This document shows, piece by piece, positions 54,546 through 64,000 of a stretch of DNA of 64,000 nt. The notes under the pieces are model-generated. The model did not search any database. It saw only the letters and a list, made by a program, of their open reading frames with translations, and had not been told where the DNA came from. Location of the stretch: contig CP070758.1 of NCBI GenBank assembly GCA_020348925.1, forward strand, positions 1,010,469 through 1,074,468, read 5' to 3'. Positions within the stretch are counted from its first letter, which is position 1; every line of letters starts with the position of its first letter. Made by a program: the position numbers and the translations under genes. This DNA comes from Gemmatimonadota bacterium. GTDB taxonomy: Bacteria > JBHIER01 > G020348925.

Positions 54546-54628
54546 GACTTCGGCAACCCGGCCATCTCTGAAAAAGATCCGTTGGCTTTGTGCCCCCCGA
54601 TCACTCAGGGTTTACCTTTATCGAGTTC
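54546..54628 (-). ncRNA. Cyclic di-GMP-I (GEMM) riboswitch
   Basis: GGTAAACCCTGA-GTGA-TCGGGGGGCACAAAGCCAACGGATC..GATGGCCGGGTTGCCGAA matches GEMM consensus; followed by CTCGGC-TTTTCTTTT. Confidence 0.85.
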
Positions 54629-55277
54629 AATATCGACTCGTTATTGATGGGCTCTATTGTACTGATATCATTTTTTTGAACCCTGATCGAGAAGTGCTCC
54701 TGTGTCCGACAGCTATGCTCCTATTTCAGAAACCAATGCGATGATTTGGGGGGGTGACGAATATAAAGTGGTGGGAACTCCAAAAAACCCGGTCCTGCAT
54801 CTCATACGACCGACAACAGAGCAATGGTCTCAACTGAGATTTGTTATCAGGATTTTTTGGACATAAAAAATCCGCCCTTCTGTCATCGCAACGCCAAATA
54901 TACCTTCAGAATTCATCGGATCAAGAAAAATCTCACACTTTTTTTAAAATGGCATTGAAATAACTTCTTACATATAGAGAGAAAAAAGTTTAATTTCAAT
55001 AACTCATATAATATCAATGATTAAAAGAATACAAAGGAATATGCTCAGAGTGTCATATTTTGAACAGTGCCCTGGGGGGTTTGCCCTAATTGTGGTGAGA
55101 ACCCCGACAATCCGTTACAACAGTCCAATCATAATAATTCTGAAGTCCTACAGTGAAGAGAAAGTTCAACCTCGCTATCTTCATGGAGCTCATATTTATA
55201 TATCATTTTTTGTAACTCTGTGATGAACAAGCACCGGCATCTCCCCTTCTCCGAGTTCAGAAAAAATAAAAAACTTG

Positions 55278-55365
55278 TTGACAAAGGTTCTTTAATGATA
55301 TATTGTGTATCATTATTTCAGAGCTTTTGCAATGATATCTTGTGTATCATTATCTTAGAGCTTTT
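55278..55365 (+). promoter_or_regulatory. Promoter with two 35-bp direct repeats each holding an AATGATA-N7-TATCATT palindrome
   Basis: TTGACA-17-TATTGT; repeats at 55294-55328 and 55331-55365. Confidence 0.75.
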
Positions 55366-55401
55366 ACGTATCCTAAATATCCTTTTGGGGAGGGAAGACC
55401 C

Positions 55402-58400
55402 ATGAAAAGGGTAATGATTTTTTTGTTGATATTCGTGCTTTGTTCGACAGCAATATTCGGACAAGAGTTCGACAGAGATTACCTTCTTCAGAAGCGGAAA
55501 GTACGCGAACAAAGGAGAGAGACCCGCAATCAAATCCTCCAAAGGGCACTGTCTGAACAAGGACGATTGGTACCTGCTCAGGAAGATTATGACGTCAGAT
55601 TCTACGAACTCGACTTGAATATAGATCCTACTACAGAATCCATAACCGGAACGGTTACGATTCGTGCGGAAAGCGTAACTGATAACCTGACCCAGGTTGT
55701 CGTCAATTTATCAAATACAATGACAGTTACAGGCGTATCGGGAGATGGTTCTGGATTCACGCACGTCGACGAGTTACTAACAATTGATCTGAACAGATCT
55801 TATAATCAGGATGAGACATTCCACATTTCGATCGCCTACACCGGAAATCCGGTTGAAGCTTACAGGGGCCTGGGATTTCATTTCGACACATACGGTGGTG
55901 AACCAGCAATTTCCAATGACAGTTATCCCTATTTCGCCCGGAGTTGGTGGCCGTGTAAAGACGATCCCGCAGACAAAGCCGATTCAATAAGCATGATTAT
56001 TACTGTTCCCGACGGTTTGACCGTCGTCTGCAACGGTAGTCTGAGAAGTGTGACGAACAATCCAGACAATACGACAACCTATTTTTGGCACGAAGGATAT
56101 CCCATATCTACCTATCTGGTCGCTCTTGCTGCCGCCAACTATTCCACCTTCTCAGACATCTACTACCCCCAGGACGGCGATCCGCTGGAAATACTCTATT
56201 ACGTTTTCCCGCAGGATTTGAACGCTGCCATGGAAGATTTCAATATCAACGTTGAAGCTATGGAATATTTCGTGTCAATCTATGGCGAATATCCATTTCT
56301 TGGTGAAAAATACGGGATTACAACCTACCTGAGCCCTTTCGGCGCTATGGAATATCAAACCATAACTTTTTATACTCCCGGACTGATAACGGGCACCCAC
56401 GACAACGATGACGTCGTGGTCCACGAATTGGCCCACATGTGGTGGGGCGATGCAGTAACGAACGCGGACTGGCACAGCACCTGGCTGAACGAGGGCTTCG
56501 CCGTTTACTCCGAAGCCCTCTGGTTCGGATATCTCGGTGGCATGGATGTTTACCATGACTACATGGATATTACTGTGAATGCCTTGGGATATACGGAGCC
56601 TCTCTACCGGTACGATACCAGCGATCCTTGGGGAGTTGTGGCTGGTGTCGTCTACGATAAAGGTGCCTGGATCTTGCATATGCTCAGGTATGTGGTGGGC
56701 GATGACACATTTTTCCAGATTCTCCTCGAGTACCGAGCGCAATACGAATTCGGAAATGTCACCACTGAAGATTTACAGGCCGTCTGCGAGCAGGTCTCCG
56801 GTCAGGATTTGAACTGGTTTTTCCAGGAATGGATATACGAATCCTGGCACCCTGAATACTACTGGGGATGGCACATCGAGAATGTCGTGGGCAATGAGTA
56901 TGCCGTCAAAGGATTTATCGATCAAATTCAGGAGATTGGACCTATCTTCACGATGCCCCTGGATATCGGCATCGTCACGGCTGGCGGGGATACCCTGTAC
57001 GAAACCGTTTATTCTGACGAGCAGTCCGAGATTTTTCAACTCACTGTGAATGAAGAACCTGTTGAGCTGTTGCTGGATCCATTCAACTGGGTCTTGAAGG
57101 AGGCGCAGGGCGTCTTCACACCCCTGGTGAACTACGCGAGCTCCACCGTCCGGGACGACGGCGATAATGACGGTCGAGCCGATCCCGGTGAAGCGTTACA
57201 ACTGACCCTGGAGATTTTCAACGCCGGTGTTTTTGCCTACGACTTGTCAGCCGAGCTGGACACGGACGATCCCGATGTGACGATCACCTCAGGAGCAACA
57301 GATTACGGTGACGTTCCCCACAACAATACCGTTGGGAACGATCAAACCCCGTTTCTTCTCAGCGTCCAGTCCTCGGCCGAAACTCACCTGATTAAATTTT
57401 ACATCTCCTTCACGGCCTCCAACGGGTATACAGGTCTCGACAGTTTCTATCTGACCGTCGGCTCGCCGTCGCTTTTACTGGTTGATGACGACGGCGGTGA
57501 ACAATACGAGAGAATCTACCAAGCCTATCTGGCCTCGGATGCGGTGCCCTTTCAGGTATGGGGAGCCGACAAGGAGGGGACACCCGGCGATACGCTGGAC
57601 GATTTCGAAGTGGTGATGTGGTGTACGGGACGGACTCGGGAAAACACCTTGACGGCAGCCGACCAAACGGCTCTCTCCGCTTACCTGGACAACGGCGGAC
57701 GACTCTTCCTCAGCGGCCAGGACATCGGGTACGACCTGGTTGCGTTGTCCAACGGTGTCGATTTTTACACGAATTATCTTCGCGCTGAGTTTGTTGAGGA
57801 TGTATCACCGGAGGGCTTCTTACAGGGCGTCACCGGCGACCCGATCACAGGAGCGCTGGGTCTCCTTCTGGTGAGTCAAACAGTGAACAGCCCGGACGTG
57901 ATCGCACCCTCCGTCGGGGCAAACGTGGCCCTGCAGTACAGCCCTTCGAGGGCGGCGGCCGGCCTTAAATACGGTGGTGATTATCGTCTCGTCTACTTCG
58001 CCGTCGGTCTGGAGGGATTTCAGGCCATAACCGGAGATATCGAACCCGTAAGGGAAACAGTGTTGTCCAATATCGTTCAATGGCTGCAACACGATCCCCA
58101 AAAAGGAGACGTGAACGAGGACGGCGCCATCAACATCCTGGACGTGGTCTGGGCCATCAACATCATACTCGGCTCGATCGATCCAGGACCATCGCAACAG
58201 TGGTCCGCAGATTTCGACGACAACGGCTCCGTCAACGTCCTGGACGCCATCAAAATCGTAAATGAAATACTGGGGCCGGCGGGAATGAAGATGTTACCGA
58301 ACCTCGATAGGGAGAGAACGACAATTTGCGTTGAAATCGAGACCGACAAACCTCTTGCCGGAGCTCAGTTGAACATCGCCTTTGATCCCGAGCAGTGTAC

Positions 58401-58956
58401 CCCCACCGCACCACTGGTGAAAAGAGGTGCTCTCGAAGCAGCTGCCTCAATGAATGAGAACGAGATGACTGTTCTTCTCTACAGTCTCGAGGGAAGACCC
58501 GTTCCCGAAGGTGGAACGCTCGTCGAAATTCCCTTGACAGTTTTGGATAACCAACCGGGTGGTCCGAACATCTGGTTGCAGGAATCGACCCTGGCCGGTG
58601 TGGATGGGCAAGAGATCTCCGGCCGGGTTACTGTGATCCGCCCCAAGGCGGCTTTTGAACTTCCAACCGGATTCGAGCTTTTCCAGAATGTTCCCAATCC
58701 ATTCAATCCGGAGACCGAGATCCGTTTCGGTATTCCAGCCGGGTACGACGATGGATTGAGTGTTGTTCTGACAATATATAATGTCTTAGGCCAAAAGGTG
58801 CGTACACTTGTCCACGGCAAGTTTGAGGCCGGCTACTACACAGTCCGGTGGGATGGTTTGAACCATCAGGGCCATCCTGTGGCCAGTGGCCTCTATTTCT
58901 ATCTGCTGGAGACGCCCGATTTCAGGACCATGAAGCGCATGGTTCTGATGAAATAA
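55402..58956 (+). CDS. Secreted M1-family aminopeptidase with dockerin, cohesin-like domain and T9SS-type CTD
   Basis: GAMEY, HELAH-18x-E (NEGFA), VYDKGA; dockerin GDVNEDGAINILD..ADFDDNGSVNVLD; CTD QNVPNPFNPET..KRMVLMK. Confidence 0.92.
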   Translation: MKRVMIFLLIFVLCSTAIFGQEFDRDYLLQKRKVREQRRETRNQILQRALSEQGRLVPAQEDYDVRFYELDLNIDPTTESITGTVTIRAESVTDNLTQVVVNLSNTMTVTGVSGDGSGFTHVDELLTIDLNRSYNQDETFHISIAYTGNPVEAYRGLGFHFDTYGGEPAISNDSYPYFARSWWPCKDDPADKADSISMIITVPDGLTVVCNGSLRSVTNNPDNTTTYFWHEGYPISTYLVALAAANYSTFSDIYYPQDGDPLEILYYVFPQDLNAAMEDFNINVEAMEYFVSIYGEYPFLGEKYGITTYLSPFGAMEYQTITFYTPGLITGTHDNDDVVVHELAHMWWGDAVTNADWHSTWLNEGFAVYSEALWFGYLGGMDVYHDYMDITVNALGYTEPLYRYDTSDPWGVVAGVVYDKGAWILHMLRYVVGDDTFFQILLEYRAQYEFGNVTTEDLQAVCEQVSGQDLNWFFQEWIYESWHPEYYWGWHIENVVGNEYAVKGFIDQIQEIGPIFTMPLDIGIVTAGGDTLYETVYSDEQSEIFQLTVNEEPVELLLDPFNWVLKEAQGVFTPLVNYASSTVRDDGDNDGRADPGEALQLTLEIFNAGVFAYDLSAELDTDDPDVTITSGATDYGDVPHNNTVGNDQTPFLLSVQSSAETHLIKFYISFTASNGYTGLDSFYLTVGSPSLLLVDDDGGEQYERIYQAYLASDAVPFQVWGADKEGTPGDTLDDFEVVMWCTGRTRENTLTAADQTALSAYLDNGGRLFLSGQDIGYDLVALSNGVDFYTNYLRAEFVEDVSPEGFLQGVTGDPITGALGLLLVSQTVNSPDVIAPSVGANVALQYSPSRAAAGLKYGGDYRLVYFAVGLEGFQAITGDIEPVRETVLSNIVQWLQHDPQKGDVNEDGAINILDVVWAINIILGSIDPGPSQQWSADFDDNGSVNVLDAIKIVNEILGPAGMKMLPNLDRERTTICVEIETDKPLAGAQLNIAFDPEQCTPTAPLVKRGALEAAASMNENEMTVLLYSLEGRPVPEGGTLVEIPLTVLDNQPGGPNIWLQESTLAGVDGQEISGRVTVIRPKAAFELPTGFELFQNVPNPFNPETEIRFGIPAGYDDGLSVVLTIYNVLGQKVRTLVHGKFEAGYYTVRWDGLNHQGHPVASGLYFYLLETPDFRTMKRMVLMK

Positions 58957-59031
58957 GGCAATCGCGTGGACGTGTGTCCTGTGAAGCCAATGAATCGGTG
59001 ATGTATCACCATTTCAAAGGAGGATTGTAGG

Positions 59032-61944
59032 ATGAAACATCCAGTCACATTCATCGTCAGTTTTGTTCTAATGGCCTTCCTCGCTGGTTCTATCAACGGC
59101 GATACGTTATCTGTTGCCAGCGGTGAGGGTGAGCGCGGCAGTACGGGGAACATCATCTCAGTCGATCTGAACAATGATGTGGGAGTTTGGGGTGTTCAAT
59201 TCGATCTCATTTTCGACTCCTCGGTCTTGACCCTGGACGACGTCGATACGACTGACAGAGCAGAGCAATTCGATTTTTTTGTGTATAACAGAATCAATCC
59301 CAACAATGTCCGTTTCATTATGTTCTTCGGCAGTTTTGACGTACTGCTCCCTGGCACAGGCTCAATTGTTGACCTTTCATTTTCCGTAGCTACCGACGCT
59401 CGACCGGGTGAATACCCCTTAACACTCCAGAGAGTTCAAGTTACCGACACACTGGGAGCCATTCTGCCCTTCGACTTGGTCAACGGAATTTTTAAGGTGA
59501 CGGTAGTCCTCGACTCGCTGCGTATCACTCCGAGACCGGCCGAGGTGGCCTGCGCCGAGACGCAGCAGTTCACGGCCACCGGCTACGATACCCAAGGACA
59601 GCCCGTGGACCTTGACGCCCTGTGGGACGTCCTTCCAACCCATCTGGGACAGATCAACGCCACCGGACTCTTCACGGCTGACAGTCAGGGCACGGGGTGG
59701 GTCTATGCGACCTTTGAAACATGGGAAGATTCCGTTTCCCTGAACGTGATACCGGGAGAACCGGAAACAGTCGACGTCGAGCCGGACTCCGCAACCCTCG
59801 TTTCAGGAACACAACAGCTCTTTACAGTTGAGGGCGTCGATGAATGCGGTAACATGTTCGAACCCGCAGTAATCTGGGCCGTTCATCCCCAAGATCTGGG
59901 AACCATTGATCAAACCGGGCAGTTCACTGCCGTAAAGGCCGGCAGCGGTTGGATCGTCGCCTCCGGATCGCCTGAAGATTCATCTTTCGTCACCGTAGTT
60001 GTGGGGCCGCTCGATTCCATCGACATCTCCCCTGATGCGGGCACACTCGTATGCAATAATACCCTTCAATTCACGGCCCAGGGATTTGACGCCAACGGAA
60101 ACGACGTCACTGTGGACCCGGACTGGGCGGTGGTTCCTGAAGACCTGGGAGATATCGACACGACCGGACTCTTTACTGCTTCCAGAATCGGTGAGGGTTG
60201 GGTCTTGGTCGGACAGGATGCCATCTTCGATTCAGCCCATGTTGTTGTCGAAGGGGGCGCTCTAACCGTTCTTGATATTGAACCTGATGTGGCGGAGGTT
60301 GTATCCGGTGAAAACCGGCAGTTCACCGCCCTCGGCTACGACGATTGCGGAAATAGTATTACCTTCCAACCAGAATGGTCCGTCTCTCCTCCGGAGTTAG
60401 GGACCATCGATTCAAACGGCCTCTTCCTCGCTCAGGTTGAAGGTCAAGGATGGGTCATCGTCTCAGGATCAGCCCAGGATTCCGCTCAAGTCACTGTGCA
60501 ACATGGCTGGGCCACAAGCCTGAACCTGACTCCTGAAGAGGCTTTTGCTGCTCCCGGAGATTCGATTGTGTACACCGCCACTGCCAGTGACGGAATCAAC
60601 GAGTGGGACGTGACCGATCTGATCATTTGGTCGACCACGGATCCGAGCGGCGCATTTTCAGACAATATCTATATTGCCGGCACAGAGGGAGAATGGCTGG
60701 TTATTGCCACACATACGGTTCCGTTATCGGATACGGTCCACGTCACAGTCTCCATCACTGATGTTGCGTTTGCATTGCCACTCACTCCTGGTTGGAATAT
60801 GATCTCCCTGCCTATCGTTCCTGAGACACTGGACATAGATGTTTTATTCCCCAATGCTCTGGCCCAGTGGAAATATGCGGGAGGCTATCAATGGCTCGAC
60901 GACGTTGAACTGTGTACGGGGTTCTGGATATTTGTCGATGAGGCCGATACTGTGAATATTGTAGGGGAGCCTATCCGGACATGCTGTCTGGATATGCTGA
61001 CAGGTTGGAACTTGGTGGGTTCGGTGATTTGTGAGATGCCGATTGATGAGATTGTCGATACGACGACTTGGGAATTTCCAATATATGTAAGCCCCATGAA
61101 TGTTTGGGCCTGGCAGGTGGGTGGATATATGCCCGTCTCGGAGATCGATCCAGGTGCTGCTGTGTGGTTATTGGCAGAGAGCCCTGGAACCGTCTGTTTT
61201 TCGTGCGACAGCCTTGAGGCTCTGAAAACAACTTCCAACATGCCAAAACTTACGGATCCATCGTGGAAAGCATCCATCCATTTGGAAAGTACCGGTGAAC
61301 GAAAAACCCTCGAGTTTGGAGTTCACGAAGATGCGACAGCGGGGATTGATAGGGGCTTTGACGTGGCAGTACCGCCGCTCCCACCGGGAGACAATGTCCG
61401 CACACTCCAATTTGAGGGTGAAAACGATCTCGGGGTCAACTTTTGGAGGGATATCAGGGGTTCTGAGAATGCCAGATGGTCTCTCGTTTTTGACAGCGAG
61501 AGTGAGATCCTGCTATCCTGGGAGGTATCTGAAATTCCCCAGGACCTGTCTATTCTCCTGAAAACGGCGACGGAACAGATCGACATGAGAGCACAGACGG
61601 AACTGCAGCTCCACGAGGGATCATATAAATTCGAAGTAATATTGCGCCAGGGTCCGCAATCATTCACCCTGGAACAGAACTATCCGAATCCCTTTAATCC
61701 GAGGACGGAGATTCGATATCAGTTACCTCATGTTGGATCTTCCCTTCACACCACACTGACGATCTACAACATTCTCGGCCAGGAAGTACGGACTCTTGTG
61801 AATGAAGTCAAGGAGCCGGGCTATTACCAGGTGACCTGGGATGCCCGGGACGATTTTGGGTTTGAGGTTTCGAGTGGTGTATATTTCTATCAGATACGAA
61901 CAGAGAACTTTGTCGAGACAAAACGCATGCTCCTCATGAAATAA
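59032..61944 (+). CDS. Scaffoldin-like protein: N-terminal cohesin, ~5 Ig-like repeats, T9SS-type CTD
   Basis: GVQFDLIFD..PGTGSIVDLSFSV..PGEYPLTL cohesin; QQFTA.G.D..LG.ID.TG.FTA repeats; QNYPNPFNP..KRMLLMK. Confidence 0.85.
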   Translation: MKHPVTFIVSFVLMAFLAGSINGDTLSVASGEGERGSTGNIISVDLNNDVGVWGVQFDLIFDSSVLTLDDVDTTDRAEQFDFFVYNRINPNNVRFIMFFGSFDVLLPGTGSIVDLSFSVATDARPGEYPLTLQRVQVTDTLGAILPFDLVNGIFKVTVVLDSLRITPRPAEVACAETQQFTATGYDTQGQPVDLDALWDVLPTHLGQINATGLFTADSQGTGWVYATFETWEDSVSLNVIPGEPETVDVEPDSATLVSGTQQLFTVEGVDECGNMFEPAVIWAVHPQDLGTIDQTGQFTAVKAGSGWIVASGSPEDSSFVTVVVGPLDSIDISPDAGTLVCNNTLQFTAQGFDANGNDVTVDPDWAVVPEDLGDIDTTGLFTASRIGEGWVLVGQDAIFDSAHVVVEGGALTVLDIEPDVAEVVSGENRQFTALGYDDCGNSITFQPEWSVSPPELGTIDSNGLFLAQVEGQGWVIVSGSAQDSAQVTVQHGWATSLNLTPEEAFAAPGDSIVYTATASDGINEWDVTDLIIWSTTDPSGAFSDNIYIAGTEGEWLVIATHTVPLSDTVHVTVSITDVAFALPLTPGWNMISLPIVPETLDIDVLFPNALAQWKYAGGYQWLDDVELCTGFWIFVDEADTVNIVGEPIRTCCLDMLTGWNLVGSVICEMPIDEIVDTTTWEFPIYVSPMNVWAWQVGGYMPVSEIDPGAAVWLLAESPGTVCFSCDSLEALKTTSNMPKLTDPSWKASIHLESTGERKTLEFGVHEDATAGIDRGFDVAVPPLPPGDNVRTLQFEGENDLGVNFWRDIRGSENARWSLVFDSESEILLSWEVSEIPQDLSILLKTATEQIDMRAQTELQLHEGSYKFEVILRQGPQSFTLEQNYPNPFNPRTEIRYQLPHVGSSLHTTLTIYNILGQEVRTLVNEVKEPGYYQVTWDARDDFGFEVSSGVYFYQIRTENFVETKRMLLMK

Positions 61945-61991
61945 GAAATTCGATGTTGCGTCCGGCACCCACCGGACCTCAGTAGGTTTTT

Positions 61992-62026
61992 AAGCCGCCG
62001 GGAGTAGTAATCCCGGCGGCTTTTTT
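61992..62026 (+). terminator. Rho-independent terminator
   Basis: AAGCCGCCGGGA-loop-TCCCGGCGGCTTTTTT. Confidence 0.9.
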
Positions 62027-62207
62027 AAACCACCCACATGTCAGATCCTCCGAATTGCCGGCATATTCCTCTCTCCAACTCCTAATATTTTTGACTTGAC
62101 AGTGACGACAAAATCCACTATCCTTTCAAGTACTGAAAGCAGAACCAGGTTTGCATCCAATTCACCCTGAACCCGCGACGGCCGATCCTTTTAAAAGGAG
62201 GATGAAG

Positions 62208-63335
62208 ATGAAGGGGAAAACACTCATCCCTATTCCTTTTTGGGGAAAATTGGTGCTACTTGTAACCGCAGGGTTCACTCTCTTTCTCTTCAATAACATC
62301 TGGGGTCAGAATGCATTGATCGTAGAGAATGCTGACTACTTCAGGGGATCAATAGGTAATATTCTGACTATCACTATGGTTAACGAGGGTAATGTTGCTG
62401 GTATCATGCTTGATATAACTTTCGACCCTGACTGCTTTTCTATTGATCCTGAAAGTTGTTCAAAGACTGACCGAACTATAGATATGAATATTTTCGCAGC
62501 AGTCAATCCGGAGCCAGGACTTATCAGATTTACGGCGGCAAGTCTTGGCACATTCATTCCTCCGGGATCAGGTCCTATTGTTCGCTTTACTGTGGGCGTA
62601 TCCTCAGAATGTGAACTTGGGCAGTATACCTTTGCCTTATCGAACTCAAAATTTGCTGATCCGGCTGGTAGAGAATATCCTCATGATGTGGTGAATGGAA
62701 TCATAACTGTTTGGCCTCCAACGGTATTAAATGTTGAGGATCAGGTTGTCTTTCAAAATTCTCGTGATAATGTCATCAATCTTAATTTGGACGATGAGTC
62801 TCAAGATGCGCTAATATGTGCTGCAGAGGTTTCTATTTTGTACGATACAACGTGTTTTGAAGTGATCTCAGTAGAACCAACGAACCGAACAAGAGATCTC
62901 AATATTTTTCAATATGCTGATAGAGATAGTGGAATTCAAATCGCTATGACTGGTCTTGGTGCATGTATTTTGAAAGGAACAGGTCCTATTGCAAGAATTA
63001 ATGTAAATGTCAGTAATTGCCCGGAAGGTTTTTTTTCTTGGAATATATCCAATGCAAAATTAGCAGACGGAGGAGGCAATATTATTCCCTTCATCGAGGT
63101 TGATGGCAACATTGCCATCTATACGAGTCCTAAAGGGAATGTAAACGATGACGGCACAATCGATGCCCTTGATGTCGTCCTCACCATCAGAATTGCCATT
63201 GGTCAATACCCTGATCCAAGCGAGAGCGAACTCCAAGCTGCAGACTGCAATTTAGACGGACAGGTTGATGTCTCAGATGTCATCGGTATTGTCAATATTA
63301 TTACAGGACTTGGAATCTGTCTGCCTTTAAATTAA
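62208..63335 (+). CDS. Adaptor scaffoldin-like protein: two cohesins plus dockerin
   Basis: AGGAGG RBS, signal peptide, two ~135-aa cohesin-like repeats (FDPDCF/YDTTCF, T.RT.D.NIF, G.GPI), dockerin GNVNDDGTIDALD..ADCNLDGQVDVSD. Confidence 0.83.
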   Translation: MKGKTLIPIPFWGKLVLLVTAGFTLFLFNNIWGQNALIVENADYFRGSIGNILTITMVNEGNVAGIMLDITFDPDCFSIDPESCSKTDRTIDMNIFAAVNPEPGLIRFTAASLGTFIPPGSGPIVRFTVGVSSECELGQYTFALSNSKFADPAGREYPHDVVNGIITVWPPTVLNVEDQVVFQNSRDNVINLNLDDESQDALICAAEVSILYDTTCFEVISVEPTNRTRDLNIFQYADRDSGIQIAMTGLGACILKGTGPIARINVNVSNCPEGFFSWNISNAKLADGGGNIIPFIEVDGNIAIYTSPKGNVNDDGTIDALDVVLTIRIAIGQYPDPSESELQAADCNLDGQVDVSDVIGIVNIITGLGICLPLN

Positions 63336-63350
63336 TTATTGGAAGGATTG

Positions 63351-63668
63351 ATGTTAAAAAAATTGTTCATATTTTTTATTACAGTACATATCATCTTTGT
63401 AGCTGGGGAAATTTGGAGCCAGAATACATTTAGCGTAGAGAATGCTATTTTCTTATTGGGATCGACTGACAACATTCTGACTATCAGCTTGAATGTTGAC
63501 TCCTATGTTGCTGCCATTCAGTTTGATCTCTCGTATGACTCAAACTGCTTTATTATCGATCCACAAAGTTTAACACGAACCGATCGAACTGTAGATTTGA
63601 CTGTTTTTCAGGCCAGCAATCCCGAGCCAGGCCTGATCATGTTTGCAGGGACCGGTATTGGTACGACC
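63351..63668 (+). CDS. Cohesin-domain protein, paralog of upstream gene (cut by gap)
   Basis: VENA.F..GS..NILTI, AAIQFDLSYDSNCF, NPEPGLI shared with previous gene. Confidence 0.8.
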
Positions 63669-63768
63669 NNNNNNNNNNNNNNNNNNNNNNNNNNNNNNNN
63701 NNNNNNNNNNNNNNNNNNNNNNNNNNNNNNNNNNNNNNNNNNNNNNNNNNNNNNNNNNNNNNNNNNNN

Positions 63769-64000
63769 CTGCCCAACCCGAGTAATCCCCCTCATCATCG
63801 CCCAAGATAACCACGTCCTCATCATCATCCAGCCAGATTTCATCGATTTCATCCCCCAGATCCTCCGAGCCCAGAATGATGTACGTCTTTCCTTCCTCAC
63901 TCGGCTGTTCCGTATCAGCACCAGGAGCGCCGATGACGATGTCATCGATCCCGTCGCCGTTGACATCACCGGTGGCTAGGGCCGAGCCTGAATGGCCATA
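63769..64000 (-). CDS. Integrin-alpha-like FG-GAP repeat protein fragment
   Basis: Own translation SGSALATGDVNGDGIDDIVIGAPGAD..GKTYIILG. Confidence 0.75.

Overview
This window is eight contig pieces joined by seven runs of exactly 100 N (6004-6103, 9194-9293, 26913-27012, 33076-33175, 37334-37433, 52691-52790, 63669-63768), so adjacency across gaps is not real. The gene content points to an anaerobic Gram-negative FCB-group bacterium (KSB1/Calditrichota/Zixibacteria-like; inference): PorV-family protein, T9SS-type C-terminal domains, SusD-less TonB receptor cluster, homodimeric GlyRS, short AtpC and a tungsten AOR operon. Housekeeping blocks: ltaE-OMT-macro-pruA, AOR-moaD-moeB, lsrF-adh, atpD-atpC, eno-ftsB-DUF502-mgtE-recO, glyS. 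Main highlights: (1) a cellulosome-like cohesin-dockerin toolkit with at least 6 dockerin proteins and 4-5 cohesin proteins, whose identifiable cargo is an M1 aminopeptidase and FG-GAP adhesin-like proteins rather than glycoside hydrolases, two members carrying T9SS-type CTDs and one lying behind a c-di-GMP-I riboswitch; (2) an integron cassette array (attI plus 3 attC, 4 cassettes) whose integrase survives only as a short co-oriented IntI C-terminal remnant; (3) a ~190-bp nested-hairpin dispersed repeat in 9 copies with covarying stems, plus several smaller REP-like families; (4) clear operator arrays and long structured leaders.
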